64,000 nucleotides of DNA from Vicugna vicugna (taxonomy: Eukaryota): the NCBI GenBank assembly GCA_013265495.1, contig MU061538.1, forward strand, positions 2,065,339 through 2,129,338, in the 5' to 3' direction. Of the stretch, positions 1 to 12,319 are shown in pieces. The position numbers were made by a program, and so were the translations under genes. The stretch's first letter is position 1, and the number at the start of each line of letters is the position of its first letter. The notes under the pieces are model-generated. The model worked only from the letters and a program-made list of their open reading frames with translations, did not search any database and was not told the DNA's origin.

Positions 1-975
1 TGGGCACCTGGAGCTTCGTGGGAGGCCGTCTGCGCAGGGCTGACCGGCATCTGGTTTACACAAGTGTGCCCGGTGCAAACTTTGATGACTGACACTCAGC
101 CCTCGCGAATTTAAGGACTGGATCCATTCCGAGGCGTTTGGAGAAAACAGACGATCAGAACTAACTGGCAAAGACCGGAGGAGGGAGGGTGGGGGACAAA
201 CGGGGCGCTAGCTGGCTTCCTCCTTCCTGAAGCTGGGGTCCTCGTTCTTCTGCGATGAAGCTGTGGTGGGGGGTGCAGGCCGTTCCGGATTCCGTGCTGT
301 CGGGTAGTCTCGTGAGTGGACGCCAGGCAGCGTCACCATGGTGTCCATGGACAGTTCTAGTTCAGCAGGGCCCTGACAGCTGGAGCTTGGGAGGGGCTGG
401 GGGAGGACCACCCACCTCCCTGCAATTGCCAGTTACCTGTTTGTGTCTTCATTCGAGGAACACTTGCTGGCAGGAACTGAACTGCCGCCCATGCCCCGAG
501 CCTAGAAATACATCAGAGGTGGATGGTCGGAATGAGAGCTGAGAGCTTGGAGCTGGGGACAGGGCTCTGGGATGGAAGTGCTCCTTCCCTCCACGCTGGC
601 CAACGCCGGCCCAGGACCCTGTGTGCCAGTTTTATCCCTGCCCTGTTGCAGTCGACCGTGTGACTTCAGGCTGGCCAGTAACTTCTTTTGCAACACGGCC
701 CCCTGCCTCCCTTGGGTGATGCAGTGAGAATGTGGGGTCTGGGGAGAAACGGGGAGGTTATGACTTACTGCAGCATTTCATTTTCCAGGGACCAGAGAAG
801 GGAGCCAGCCACGCGTGGACCCAGGTTCCTGGGTTTGGGGGACTCCTCTCCCACCCCACCGCCAGCTCTGGTTCAAGAGGACACAGCTTTGCACACGCCC
901 CACTTTGTGGTTTCTAACTGTCCCTCCCACAGATGAGGCAGAGAGGCAGGGTGGGGGTCTTGAGCAGAAGATGCC

Positions 976-1403
976 TGTACTGGGGTGAATGTGTCTCCTC
1001 CCCCAAATCATGTCCTTCTCAGAGCCTCNNNNNNNNNNNNNNNNNNNNNNNNNNNNNNNNNNNNNNNNNNNNNNNNNNNNNNNNNNNNNNNNNNNNNNNN
1101 NNNNNNNNNNNNNNNNNNNNNNNNNNNNNNNNNNNNNNNNNNNNNNNNNNNNNNNNNNNNGACCCTCAGAGGACACCCAGAGGACACGGTCTCCGGACGA
1201 TGGAGGCAGAGATTGGGGTGACGTCTATAAGCCAAGGGAGCTGAGAGTGGCGGCACCACAGAAGCCGCAAGAGGACTGACAGGCGTCAGAGGGCACGAGG
1301 GCCTCCCACTCTTTTGACCTTGGACTCCAGCCTCCAACCATGGGAGGATATATCTCTGCTGTTTCAGGCGCCCAGTCCGTGGGGCTTTGTTACAGCAAAC
1401 CCC
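976..1403 (+). mobile_element. MaLR LTR (MLT1-like) spanning the assembly gap
   Basis: Starts tgtactggggtgaatgtgtctcc...ccccaaat and ends ...ctgtttcaggcgcccagtccgtggggctttgttacagcaaacc, matching recalled MLT1 termini. Confidence 0.7.
1029..1160. other. Assembly gap (132 N)
   Basis: A run of N from 1029 to 1160. Confidence 1.
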
Positions 1404-2032
1404 GTGTGGCGCTGAAATGCGCTGCAGGGGAGGGTGCAGTGGGTGAGGCCAGGGGCTCAGAATCCTTCCTGGTGGCTGTGACTTCACTGTGGTCCTGGTG
1501 ATGCCATCTGTCCCCATGAAGGGTAAGTGCAAGGCCCTTGGGGCACAAGGGTGTGATCTGAGGATGCTGGGAGCTCCCTCTGCCTTTTCCTTCCACCCAC
1601 CCCGACCCCCAGCCCCCGCCCCCACCTAACAACTCCTGCCTGGCGGGCCTGTGTCCCAGGAGCATCCGAGGTGGGTGCGGTGTGGCATCGGAGGAGACCA
1701 GGATGAGGCCTGGAAGGAAAATGTTTCTCACACTTAGGGGCTATAGAGTACCACGTGGGGCCGCGGGGAGGCAGAGGGGCCGGCCTGAGGGAGAGCGTAG
1801 GTGCCCAGGGGAAGGCGGGCAGGGTGAGCGGCCTGGGACTGGCTAGCTCCAACCACCCTGGTGGGCTCCAGGCCAAGGGGAGGTCTTCAGCTGCCTGTCA
1901 CTTGGGCCTGGGGTGATGAAAGTGGAGGCCTGCTGCCTCCTGGGTACCCCGGGCAGAGAGGGGAAGTGTGGCCCCAGATGGTCCATCTGCAGGTCTGCAT
2001 GTCAAAGGCGTGATCCCACTGGGCCCTTAGCT

Positions 2033-2076
2033 GTCTCCCCGGGAGGGGCAGTCTCCCCGGGAGGGGCAGTCTCCCC
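2033..2076. repeat. Short tandem repeat, 18-bp unit x ~2.5
   Basis: gtctccccgggaggggca at 2033-2050 and 2051-2068, with a partial copy at 2069-2076. Confidence 0.9.
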
Positions 2077-2120
2077 AGCCAGGAAAGTTTTTAAGATGTC
2101 AAATATAATACACAGACAAA

Positions 2121-2123
<3 letters not shown>

Positions 2124-2154
<31 letters not shown>

Positions 2155-2195
2155 AAGAGAGAGAGAGAGAGAGACGGAATGAGAGAGAGAGAGAG
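2124..2195. repeat. Compound microsatellite (AT)n-(GA)n
   Basis: (AT) run 2124-2152 followed by (GA) runs at ~2156-2174 and 2181-2195. Confidence 0.95.
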
Positions 2196-3974
2196 GGAAT
2201 CAGAACAGGCAGGTGTTGAGCGTCCGCCACTGCGCTCACCAGGACCTGTGTTTGACCCGGGCTGCGGTCAGGACACCCAGCCCAGGCAGTGGTGGTGCCC
2301 GTGGGCTCGCAGAACTGCCTCCCGCTGGAGGGAGGGTGTGTGGGGCCCGGCAGCACTGGCTCTGAGGGGTATCCAAGGGCAGGGTGAGGGCTCACAGGAA
2401 AGAGCCTGGGTGTGTTGGTGGCTTTGGCTTTATCTGCAGAGTTCTGCTGGCTTTGCAGGCAAGTGTCACTGTTTCCCCAGAGCACTCGGTGCCCTCGGTT
2501 CAGAGACCACAGGGGTGTGTCAGCCTGGTGCCCGAGGACATGACATTGCTGCCCATCTGCTGTTGCCTGCCGCCCGCCCACTCCCCTGGTGTTCTGTGGG
2601 CATTTGGTTAGAGCAGGGAGGAGCGGGGGCCGCATGACCTTGAAAGGGGGGTCGCAGCTCTGGGACGAGGCGGGCTCCCCTCTAGTGGGCAGGCAGGGTC
2701 TGGGTGCACTTCTGTTTGGAGGTGTGCGGATAAAGGGAGGTGCTGTCCTGCAGTGCCAGCACAGCAGCAGGCTGGGGGAGAGGGCCTGGGCCCCCCACCT
2801 CCTGACGGTTGGGCTGCAGGGGGCAGGAGCCGAGGGCTGCGGGGAGGAGATGGGTCAGTACAGAGAAGCAGGAGAGTGTAGGCTGCCCTGCGCCCTAGCC
2901 TTGCCCCTCAGCCTCCTCCCTCCCCTGCCTTCTCCACACTTGCTCTCTGCTCCCTTCCTGTCGGAGTGTGCGCATCTTTGCCGTGTGTCTTGCACCTCCA
3001 GCATCTTCATCAAAATGGCTGAAAATGTCACTTGGAGCCACCATCCACTTAGCTCTGCCTGTGCCCAGTCACCCCTGAAGTGAGGCAGCTCCTTGGGATC
3101 CCAGGGAGCTTTCTGCTTAATACGATTCTCGGTGTTTCCCAAACGGTGTTCCCTGGGAATAGTCCTTTCTCCTGGTGTTAATGTTGTATGTTCTGCAGAA
3201 AAAAAGGGGTGTTTCCATGGAAGAAGTAGTCAGTGCGTACTACCATCTGTGGCCTCCTCCTGTATGCATAGTAAGGGCTCTGAGAAGTCCTGAGGTAAAG
3301 AACCTGTGTGGTTTTATTAAGCCAGCATCTTCTCTGGAAACTCTCCCTGGGTAGTATCTCCAGGTGCCTCAGCATCTGGGGTTCTGGAGCACTTTGAGAG
3401 AATCCTGTTTTACCAAATTGAAGGCAGATGGTCTGGGAGCAAATCAACAGCGCGTTTTGTTTCCATTTTTATGACCTAATAAACTAGCAGCTTTGCCCAC
3501 TGAAAGGTTTGAAAAGCTGTTATCCGGGCTAACCCTGAGGGAAATGATAAAGTAGAGACAGTTTGCTCCACTGCCAGTGGGCTTCCCTTTTCATGCACTT
3601 CTTCCCTGTCCACATTCCCCCTGCCCGACCGGCTAGGATTCCCCAGTGTTGTGATTCTGCCCATCTTACCTCTCCCTGAAATTATCTTTCATGACCGGAA
3701 TGGAAGCTTGTTTATACTAATGTGTAAATGACTAGCCTGCTGACATCACTTAAATTCGGTACAGGAAGGAGGCTTTGTGCACACCGCCCCCAGGCCCTGC
3801 GTGTTCTTCTCTGCCTTTTGACGATCCTTTAGAGATGGAAGGACCATGCTTGCTTGGCCTGGGTCACTGCCGGCCCAGACCTCTGACTCGATGATGGAGG
3901 TTTGCCCATCAGAGGACACTGTTTTTAGAGAATGTTTATGGTTTCCTTCAAAACAACAACAAAAAAGTTAAAAG

Positions 3975-4098
3975 TATTGGTGTCTATAATGAAAAAGAAT
4001 ATGAAAAAATTATATGTATATACATGTATGACTGAAATATTCTGCTGTACACCAGAAATTGACACATTGTAACTGACTATACTTCAATTTAAAAAAAT
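3975..4098 (+). mobile_element. L1 3'-end fragment (lineage-type L1 3'UTR)
   Basis: ctgtacaccagaaattgacacattgtaactgactatacttcaatttaaaaaaa, the same terminus as the copies at 8481-8910 and 60400-60450. Confidence 0.8.
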
Positions 4099-4147
4099 GT
4101 ATTGGTGAACATCTAGGGGACAGAGGAGGGAAGTTCCTGATGGCAGT

Positions 4148-4585
4148 TGTGATGGTGGGTGTTGTGTGTCCACAAGGCTGGGCTGCCGAGGCTCAGCTAT
4201 TTGGGCAAACATCAGTCTGGATGTTGCTGTGAAGGTATTTCACAGACATGATTAATATTGACATCTGTGGGATTTGAATGAAGCAGATTACCCTCCACAG
4301 TGTGGTGGGCCTCATCCAATCAGTTGAAGCCCTTAAGAGCAAAGACTGAGGCTTCCCAAAGAAGGGATTCGGCCTCAAGATGGTAACACAGAAGCCCTGC
4401 CTGAGTTCCTAGCCTGCTGCCCTTCAGAACTTGGGCTCAAGATTGTAACACCAGAGTTTCCAGCTTGCCCTGCAACTTTTAGACTTGCCGGCCCCCACAA
4501 TCAAGTGAATCAATTACTGACATAAATCTGCCTCTTCCTCCCTGCCCCCACACACACACCCTATTGCTTCTGTTTCTATGGAGAA
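4148..4585 (+). mobile_element. ERVL LTR (MLT2-like)
   Basis: tgtgatgg...tatttgggcaaacatcagtctggatgttgctgtgaaggtattt...cagattaccctccacagtgtggtgggcctcatccaatcagttgaagcccttaagag...ctattgcttctgtttctatggagaaccctgac matches recalled MLT2 consensus. Confidence 0.8.
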
Positions 4586-5959
4586 CCCTGACTTGTACAG
4601 CAATTTAGAAAACAGTTATTATTCCAAACAACCTATTTGTAAATCACCCTGGGCCACTGAAACTTCCCTAGGATTGCTGTGAACAGTGTGAGCATCTCCC
4701 TGGCACCATTCTTCCCAGGAGAGAGGAAAGAGAAGACGCTTCTCTGGAAGGGGAACGGGGCGAGACAGCTGCAGCATCCTGGGTGAGGGTTTCTCCCATG
4801 ATTCCTGGATCTTTGTTGAAAAATTAGCATCCACATCCTTTCCCCTCTGTCTTCTCTGCCTGCCCCAGTCCCCTGGGCTCACCAAAGGTTGTCCAGCCCA
4901 GACCAGCAGCACAGCCTGTGTCTCAGGACCACAAGCCTCAGCTGTCGGAGGAGGGGCAAGGAGGTGGGGCTCCCAGGTGTCCACCTACAAGACCCCCCTC
5001 CTTTCCCTGGCTGTCCTTAAGGTCTATGAGGCAGCTCCCTGACCCCACCATCTGGTGTTTGGGAACAGGAAGGGTTTTACTTTCTAAGTCTCAAGTTCAA
5101 GTGCACTTGGGCCTTAGTATTCCTTTTCTCAACTGTGTCCCATGGTGTGGTGATCAGCCCAGAAAGCTGGCATAAGGTCTTGTTCAGTGTCGGAGGCAGG
5201 AACTGTCACTCTGGACACAGCCTCTCTCCTTTTAATCACAGATGAGCTCTCGTGTGTGTTGGGAGCTTGGCTCCCTACAGGAGTTGCATCTCATCTGCTC
5301 TCAGCTGGGGAAGTCAGGAGCAGCTTGGGTCGGTGGGCAGCAAATGCAAAGGATCCCTCCCTCTTTTCTCGTTCTGTGGCTGGTGGTGTGCCACTTGCAC
5401 TGGCAACAACAACCCTAGGACACAGCAGAGGGGCACGCTGGAGGCATCTGGGCACCTTGGGGAGCAGAGCCACCAGCCTGGATCATCACCAGCCTGGAGT
5501 TTTACTTGGGAGACAAATACATCTTCAGTTCAACCCTCTGCCCTGAATCAGCACCAGTTGACGTCCTAGGTATCCGTCCACACCTCCGTGGGGGCTCAGT
5601 GTTGGCCCAGCTGGGGGCAGAATGGGATCTGGAGCAGCAGCATTTGCAGGGGAAGCCCGTCAAGAAAGGTGGGGCAGACAAGGTGCCCACCCCAGGTGTC
5701 CCCGCATTGGCCGTGGGTGGTAGGTAAAGGGGCGTCGGAGGCCCCGACTTCCCAGTGGGAGAGGAAGCTCCGCGCCGTCCTGGGTCCCTGCCAGGGCACC
5801 TGGCTGGGAGCAAAGGACCCACCTTGGTGACTCTTGTCCTATGTCCTGCTCTTGTTACTGACCCTCTTGAGTTGGACTAATGAGAGTCCTCCTGCCTGGG
5901 GTCGCTTGAGTCTACAGAACGGGAAAGAGCTGAGTTCAGAAACAAAGAAAAGCGTCATT

Positions 5960-6700
5960 CTTCAATGAAAGCGCCTAGCGGGAGCCGGAGCTCTTCCCGA
6001 CAGGCCCTGGGCGGGCTCCTTTATAAGCAGGGGGAGGGGCGGGGCCTCGCAGGCGCAGGCGCAGGCGCAGGGCAGGGCAGGCGCAGGCGTAGGCGTGCTC
6101 CCGCGCCAGTGCGCGGTGCCGGGCGCAGCCTCTCTGCACACGGCCCGCCGCCGCCGCCGCCATCTTGGGTTGAGTGCGGAGCGCAGCGTCCGCAGGCCGC
6201 CCGCAGGCTGAGGTGTCGGGAGGCGTTTTCCCGCCGGGAACTCTGGTTTGACGTGACAGGTGTGAGGCCTCTGCCCACGGCGCTCTGTGAGCAAGTGGAA
6301 CTGGACTCAAGCCCAAAGGAAAAGAAAAGGTTAGACTGATTTTATTGCCCAGATTCTGTGTCTGTTCCCCGGGAGTTAGCAGGCTTTGCTGGTGACGCTC
6401 AGTGTCGCAGGCGGTGCGTGGGTGCGGGAGGCCTGTGAGCAGGGCGTGCGCACGCGTGTGTGTGCGTGTGTGTGCGCGTGCTCTGGCCGCGCCTCCCTGC
6501 GCCGACAGAGGACCCGTGTTTCAGCAGGAGGACCAGCGGGGCTCGGTGAGGGGCACAGTCAGGCCCGTTTCGCTCTCCGGGCCGGTCGGTGTAAGCGGAG
6601 CGGGGACCGGCGTCTGGGCGGGTGGCCCTGGGCCAGGGGGCGGGAGGGACTGGCGGCAGGAAAGGGGCTGTGACGGGCCCTCCTTGTCGGCGAGCACACA
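5960..6700 (-). promoter_or_regulatory. Orphan CpG-island promoter-like element (YY1, NRF1 array, GC box, TATA)
   Basis: CpG-dense. CCGCCATCTT (YY1) at 6157-6166, GCGCAGGCGC repeats (NRF1-type) at 6053-6090, GGGGCGGGG at 6036-6044 and TATAAAGG on the minus strand at 6025-6018. No associated coding exon was recognised. Confidence 0.55.
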
Positions 6701-8480
6701 GGCCCGTGGGTTACTCTGGGGGGGGATGAGTTTTAACGTGTGCTTCCCGTTTCTCTTTATCACACGGTCCTTTAAAAGTATCGTCCTCAATAGGCAATCT
6801 GAAATATGAACAGGATCATGCTTGATTAAAATGGAGTGAAAGGTGGGGGTCCCCGTGCACAAACCATGCAGGCCTGTAACCCAAGGTGTGGGGAATGCCA
6901 GGTGGGTCCGCCTGCTCACCTCCTCCGAGCAGCCCACCCCTGCTTCCATCCCACGGGTCCGGGACGCCTGTGGCAGCTCGCCTCACTTGGGAGGGAAGTC
7001 TGTACCTGTTCCCGGGATGGACATCCGGTTTCCTGGGGTTCCAGCCCGTCTGCCCTGTGAGCACTGGTGATTTGGTCATGGTGAGGGGTGCAGCCAGTGG
7101 TCCCCGGGGCCCCCTGTGCCCAGCCTGGCTGCAGGTCTGCTGCCTAGACCCTACGCGGAAGCACAGCAGGAGTGCCCCTGGGGGTCCTTCCCAAAGGTGA
7201 GCACTCAGTTTTGCACCTGGACATCTGAGCATCTCTGGGCAAAACTGGATGTGCTCTGGAGGAAACCATCTTTGTAGCATCCTTTTGAGACAGAATTTGC
7301 ATTTGAGCCTCAATAAAGCACTAAGTAATATTCTATGATGTCTTGTCCAGGGAGTTAACTGCGTTGGTGTTTTGGTGGTGGGAGTTTCTGTTATTTCATT
7401 GCTTTGAAGTTGTTAAGAGCATTGACATGACTGGTACCTCCCAGGGTCCAGGAGAGCCCTTGCTGCCTGAAAAATGGAATAGAGACTAATTAAGTAATAT
7501 TGCACCTGCTCTGGTCTGTAATTTGGACTCTCTTAATGGAAAAACAATGACTGGCTTCACCTTTCTGCTGTGCTGGAAGCTCCTCTCATCACGGTTGTTC
7601 AGATTAAAGAGAAAAACCCCTGAACCGCCCCCTCTCCACCCCCAGCAGAGCATGTGCCCCCAGGGCTGTGGTGAGCATCACAAGTTTCCGGTGCCCTGAC
7701 CTCCCGGGCTTTGGCAATATAGCCTCCCTTGGAAGGATCCCCCCGGGTTCAGGGCGCTGACACCCACACCCGCCGGGTCTGCTGTCTCGTGTGTGTCCCC
7801 ACAGAGGGCAGAGCACACGGGAAGCCGCTTCCTATAAACACTGGCCCAGGAGTTCTGAGTCACCTGCTGGCCCACGGGAGCTCACAGTGTCCACTTGGCT
7901 GTGAGGGAGTGAGGCCTTCTGCAGTGTGCACCAGGTGCAACTTGTGTTCTAGAAGGCTCTGAGAGGAAGAGACACCTCTGGGGGCAAGGAGTGGTCTCTG
8001 CCACAGCCACCGAGGGGCAGGCAGTTACAATCAACCGAACCACTGCTGTCCCCCAGCCTCCCCTGAGGGGACGTCCCTGTCTCTCGGTCACACCCCAACA
8101 CCGAGCTTCCCTTGGACCATGGTACCGCATCAGAAAGGGCTGGAGAGAGCCCTTCCTGCCCCGTGGGCAGCAGGATCTTTGCTGGGTGGGACGCTCAGGA
8201 CCCAGGCCCTCCTGGGAAGGGCTCTGCCTGAGGAGCTCCCGGGCCAGGGGTGGGTGCCCAGCTCAGGGAGGCGTCGGTGGCCCTGGGGCTGCGGAAACCA
8301 AGCTCCACAATTGGGCAGCTTGAACAACAGGAATTCAGTGTCTCCCAGTCTGGAGGCCAGAAGTCTGGGGTCAAGGCACACAAGAAAACACGTCATCATG
8401 ATACACTGAGGGGCTTAGCCGTGAACAGCATTCTCCCGATTACAACACTGTCAACATTCAGTGTCAGTTTAAGAAGTTGC

Positions 8481-8910
8481 AGGAATGGACCTAGAGATTG
8501 TCATTCTGAATGAAGGCAGGCAGAAAGAGAAAGAAAAATGCCATATGATACCACTCATATGTGGAATCTAAAAATAAAAATAAGAACAGGACACTGAACT
8601 CATCTACAAAACAGAAACAGACTCGCAGACATAGTAAACAATCTTACGGTTACCGGGGAAAGAGGGGTGGGAGGGGCTAAATTTGGGAGTTTGAGACTTG
8701 TAAATGTTAGCCACTATATATAAAAATAGATTTAAAAAAAGTCTCAAAAGTTTCTTTTGTATAGCACAGGGAGCTATGTTCAGTATCTTGTAATAACCTT
8801 TAATGGAAAAAAATATGAAAACGAATGTATGTATGTATATGCATGACTGGGACGTTGTGCTGTACACCAGAGATTGACACATTGTAATTGACTGTACTTC
8901 AATAAAAAAA
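8481..8910 (+). mobile_element. 5'-truncated L1 (end of ORF2 region + 3'UTR + A-tail) with TSD
   Basis: atggacctagagattgtcattctg...ccatatgataccactcatatgtggaatctaaaa...gactgtacttcaataaaaaaaaa. Flanked by aagaagttgc (8471-8480) and aaaaagttgc (8908-8917), with a TT/AAGA endonuclease-like site. Confidence 0.85.
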
Positions 8911-10934
8911 AAGTTGCGACGTAACATGGAAGGAAGCAGTAGAGAAACCGAGGAGGAGAGGAGGAGGAGAGACCGTGAGAGAGCCTGCCGTTGGTTCCGG
9001 GGCAGAGGGACCAGGTTGGGGAGCAGCTCGGGGCTGCTCGTTTGCATTATAAGTCTGACAAACTGTGACTTTGAAAACGTTTAGTATTTTGATAAAATGA
9101 AACAGATAAAATCCTTGGCTCCTTTGACATGATTTAAAAGGAGGATGTATCAACGTGGCACCTGTGGGTGCAGCTGGCGGGGAGCCCCAAGGACTTAGAC
9201 TCTGAGAGCTGGTACCCCTGGCTACACAGGAGCACTGACCGTGGCTGACTCATCCTTGGGAAAGAGGTGCCAGCAGTGTGTCCCTGGTCGGGACAGTTAA
9301 GAATGGCTGCAGACGGAGCCCAAGGTCGCCCAGGCCTCTTGCCTGTGCCGGAGACCTGGCTGGGCCCTGGCTGTGCTAGGGAGGCCCTGCTTGGGGACCC
9401 ACGTGGGTCCGGAAGGGTGGTGTTTAGGGTGGTAAGAGACCCTGAAGTCACACCTCAGGGTGTCTTCCCTCTTTTGCATCCTTGCTCTGGTCTTGATTTG
9501 GCCACAAACCACAGGACACTGGGCCTCTTGGGGCTGTCCCCACGGCCGTGCCTCCGGTCAGAAGCCCACTGTGGACCCCTCGGGATCTATATCTGAAGCG
9601 GCAGCCTCTCTGGTACCCAGTTATGCCTGCGGCGAGGACGCAGGGGAAAGTCAGGGCTGCCTGAGGCGACGTGGCTGGCAGGGGTTGGTGTGCAGCATTC
9701 AGGGGCTCTGCGCCTTTCCTTGGAGCTCCCTTCCTGTTCTCAGCGCCTCTGTGGGTCCCGGACAGCTCAGAGCCACCCTTTTGTGTTGGGCGCTCCAGGC
9801 TCTGTCACTCCTCCAGCCCACAGGTCTGTCCTTGGCTGCAAAGGGCAGAGCTGTGCAGGGACACGGCAGTGATGGGAGAGGAAGGCCAGCCTGGGGTCTG
9901 CAGGGATGAGTGGGCACCATCATCTCCCTCCAGCGCTGCGGGGCCCCTCCAGGGGTTGTGCGGGAAAAATTCCAGCCTTTTCTCTGTGTTTTTCCCCTTT
10001 CTGTTACGATTTCTGTCTGTTTGCCCTCATGAATGAAAACAAGGTGTCTTTTTCTTCGTTAACGTGCCCTGCTACCTGAGTGACTCATTTAAAATTCATT
10101 CTGGCAGAGGCTGCAGCATCTGTCATCACTGTCACCTGGGCCTCAAGGGCGGAGGCTCTTACCTTGTTGGCTTCAGATGATCGCGCATAAGCATCTTCTT
10201 TCCCTTCCTGGTCTGGACAGCAGGTGGGAGCAGCTAGGGGTTAGTGGAGGAGGCCCAGTTTCCCTCCCAGGTCAAACAGATGGGTTTGGCAGCCAAAGAC
10301 ACCTGAAGGCAGGTGTGTACACCGGGCTGGAGCCCTGGCACCCCTTCCCTCGGATCTAAATCCTGACAGTGCCTCCCGCGTTGACTCCTCTGGGTCGAGC
10401 CCTCACCTGGGGGCTTAGGCGAGAATCCACATTCCTCCTGGAGCACCAGGACCCCTCCAAGGCCCCTGCAGTCCCTGGAGACTCACGAAAGGAAGTCAGT
10501 TTACAATGTGGTGTAGCAGCTGGTAAGCAGACCGTCAGGTGGCTGGGGACGGGGTCTGGGGGGCTCTTTCTACTGCATTAGTAACTCAACCTTCCTGTGG
10601 TTTATGTCTTTGTCATCCTGTTCTCAAACCTTCATTTTCAGCAGTCTGGAAAACAAACCTCAGCTCCAGTCTCCCATAGCCTCAGTGAATAAATTGCCAG
10701 GAACTCCATCCAGCTTACGTGCAGCTTAAGAAATGGAATAGAGCACCTGCAGCAGTTTTTCAGCATCAAATTCCCATGGAGATTTGCCCTTTCAGAAATA
10801 ATCTGCAGCCCCCAGTGAATCTCCGAGGAGGGGCTGGGCTGGGGGAGGACGCAGGGCCTGAAGCGGCCACCAGGGGGCGTGGGCGCAGCTCAGTGGGAAT
10901 CTCCAAGCACACCCAGGGATGAAGTCCCTCCCCC

Positions 10935-11105
10935 TTTTTTAAATTTATTTTTTAGTGAAGTGCAGTCGGTCACAATGTGTCAGTTTCTGGTGCACAGCAC
11001 AGTGTCCCAGTCATGCATATACACACACATGTTCGTTTCCATATTCTTTTTCATTAAAGGTTATCACAAGGTAGTGAACACAGCTCCCTGTGCTGCACAG
11101 AAGAA
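10935..11105 (-). mobile_element. L1 3'-end fragment
   Basis: Reverse complement of the same L1 terminus as at 8750-8910 (tttttagtgaagtgcagtcggtcacaatgtgtcagtttctggtgcacagcac...). Confidence 0.8.
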
Positions 11106-12319
11106 ACCTTGGGGGGCCTTCTTGCCTGCATCCCAGCCCCAGCCGGGACCAGGGGGCCCTGTGTCTGTGGGTGTTGGCCTGATTCTAGATGGGGTGCAGG
11201 GGGTGAAGTGATGGGGGTGGTTCTTGGACATTTAACAGTTAACATTTGAACAACTGTTTCTATTATACAGGTAGTTCATGTGTGCTTATGCTGGTAAGCA
11301 TTTGAGTTGTAGAAGGTTCTCTATCCAGTTTAAGAAACTAGCTCAAGTATTTGAACTCGTTTTACAGATTTAAAACACTAGCAAAAAAGTGCTGTAAACA
11401 CTGATGTGTAACATTAATTTGGATTGAGTGATCATTACTTTTATTAATGATCTTTCTCATGTACTCTCTATTTTAATGGATCTGTTGAAATTAGCACTTT
11501 GTGTATTACAAAATTATCTTTTAAAACATTAAACCTTTTGCTGGCCTTTCTTGGCTAATGTGCTAATTAAATATGGTCACTGGAAATTAAGAGCATTTGG
11601 CTCAAAAGAGTAGGTCCTTGGGTATTTCCAAAAATTTTTGGTTAAAGGCTTGTCTTGTTCTCTTAGCTCTATCCAGATCTTTGTCTTTTGTTTTAATTTA
11701 TTAAATGTATTTTCTGTACTGATATCTCTTACTGTCTTTTATTTACTAATCTATATCTTCATCCTTTCACAGTATTGATGTAAAAATAATAGTACTCTAA
11801 TAGGATGATATAGAATAAACGACAGTTTAGTTACCAGGAGATGTATTATCTTATTTTGTGCTTCATTGATTTAAGTGTTGTCATTAAACTTAGTGAATGT
11901 GAAAAAAAAAAAAAAGGCCCCTTCCCCTTGAGCACAGCCACCCGGTGTTACAGGAAACCTTGGCTGCACAGAACACACTGACCAAAAACAACTCAGGGAC
12001 AACTTCTGAGTTGTCAGTGGGCATGACTGAGAGGCAGAGGCAGGCCGCTCTCTGACGGCCCACAGTGGGGAGAAGGGGTTTTCAGGGAGATGGTGCTGAG
12101 GGGGGTCCTGGACGGGTCTCGAGTCACCAAAGATCCATGGATGCGCATTAGGAGGCAAGAGACAGGTTCAGATGCCAGTGGGCAGATCTTTCGGAAACTG
12201 GATCTGAGGGACCCCTGGTCAAGCAGGCCCCCCTTCGCTCCCCCAGGTGTCTGATGTGGGGGCAGGTAAGTTAGGGTCAGGACACTGGCTGTGGGGCTGG
12301 CTGTGCTGGGCAGAAAGGT

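Noticed and set aside
778-1625. ORFs containing X runs
   Set aside because: They are artefacts of translating through the N gap, which lies inside an MLT1 LTR.
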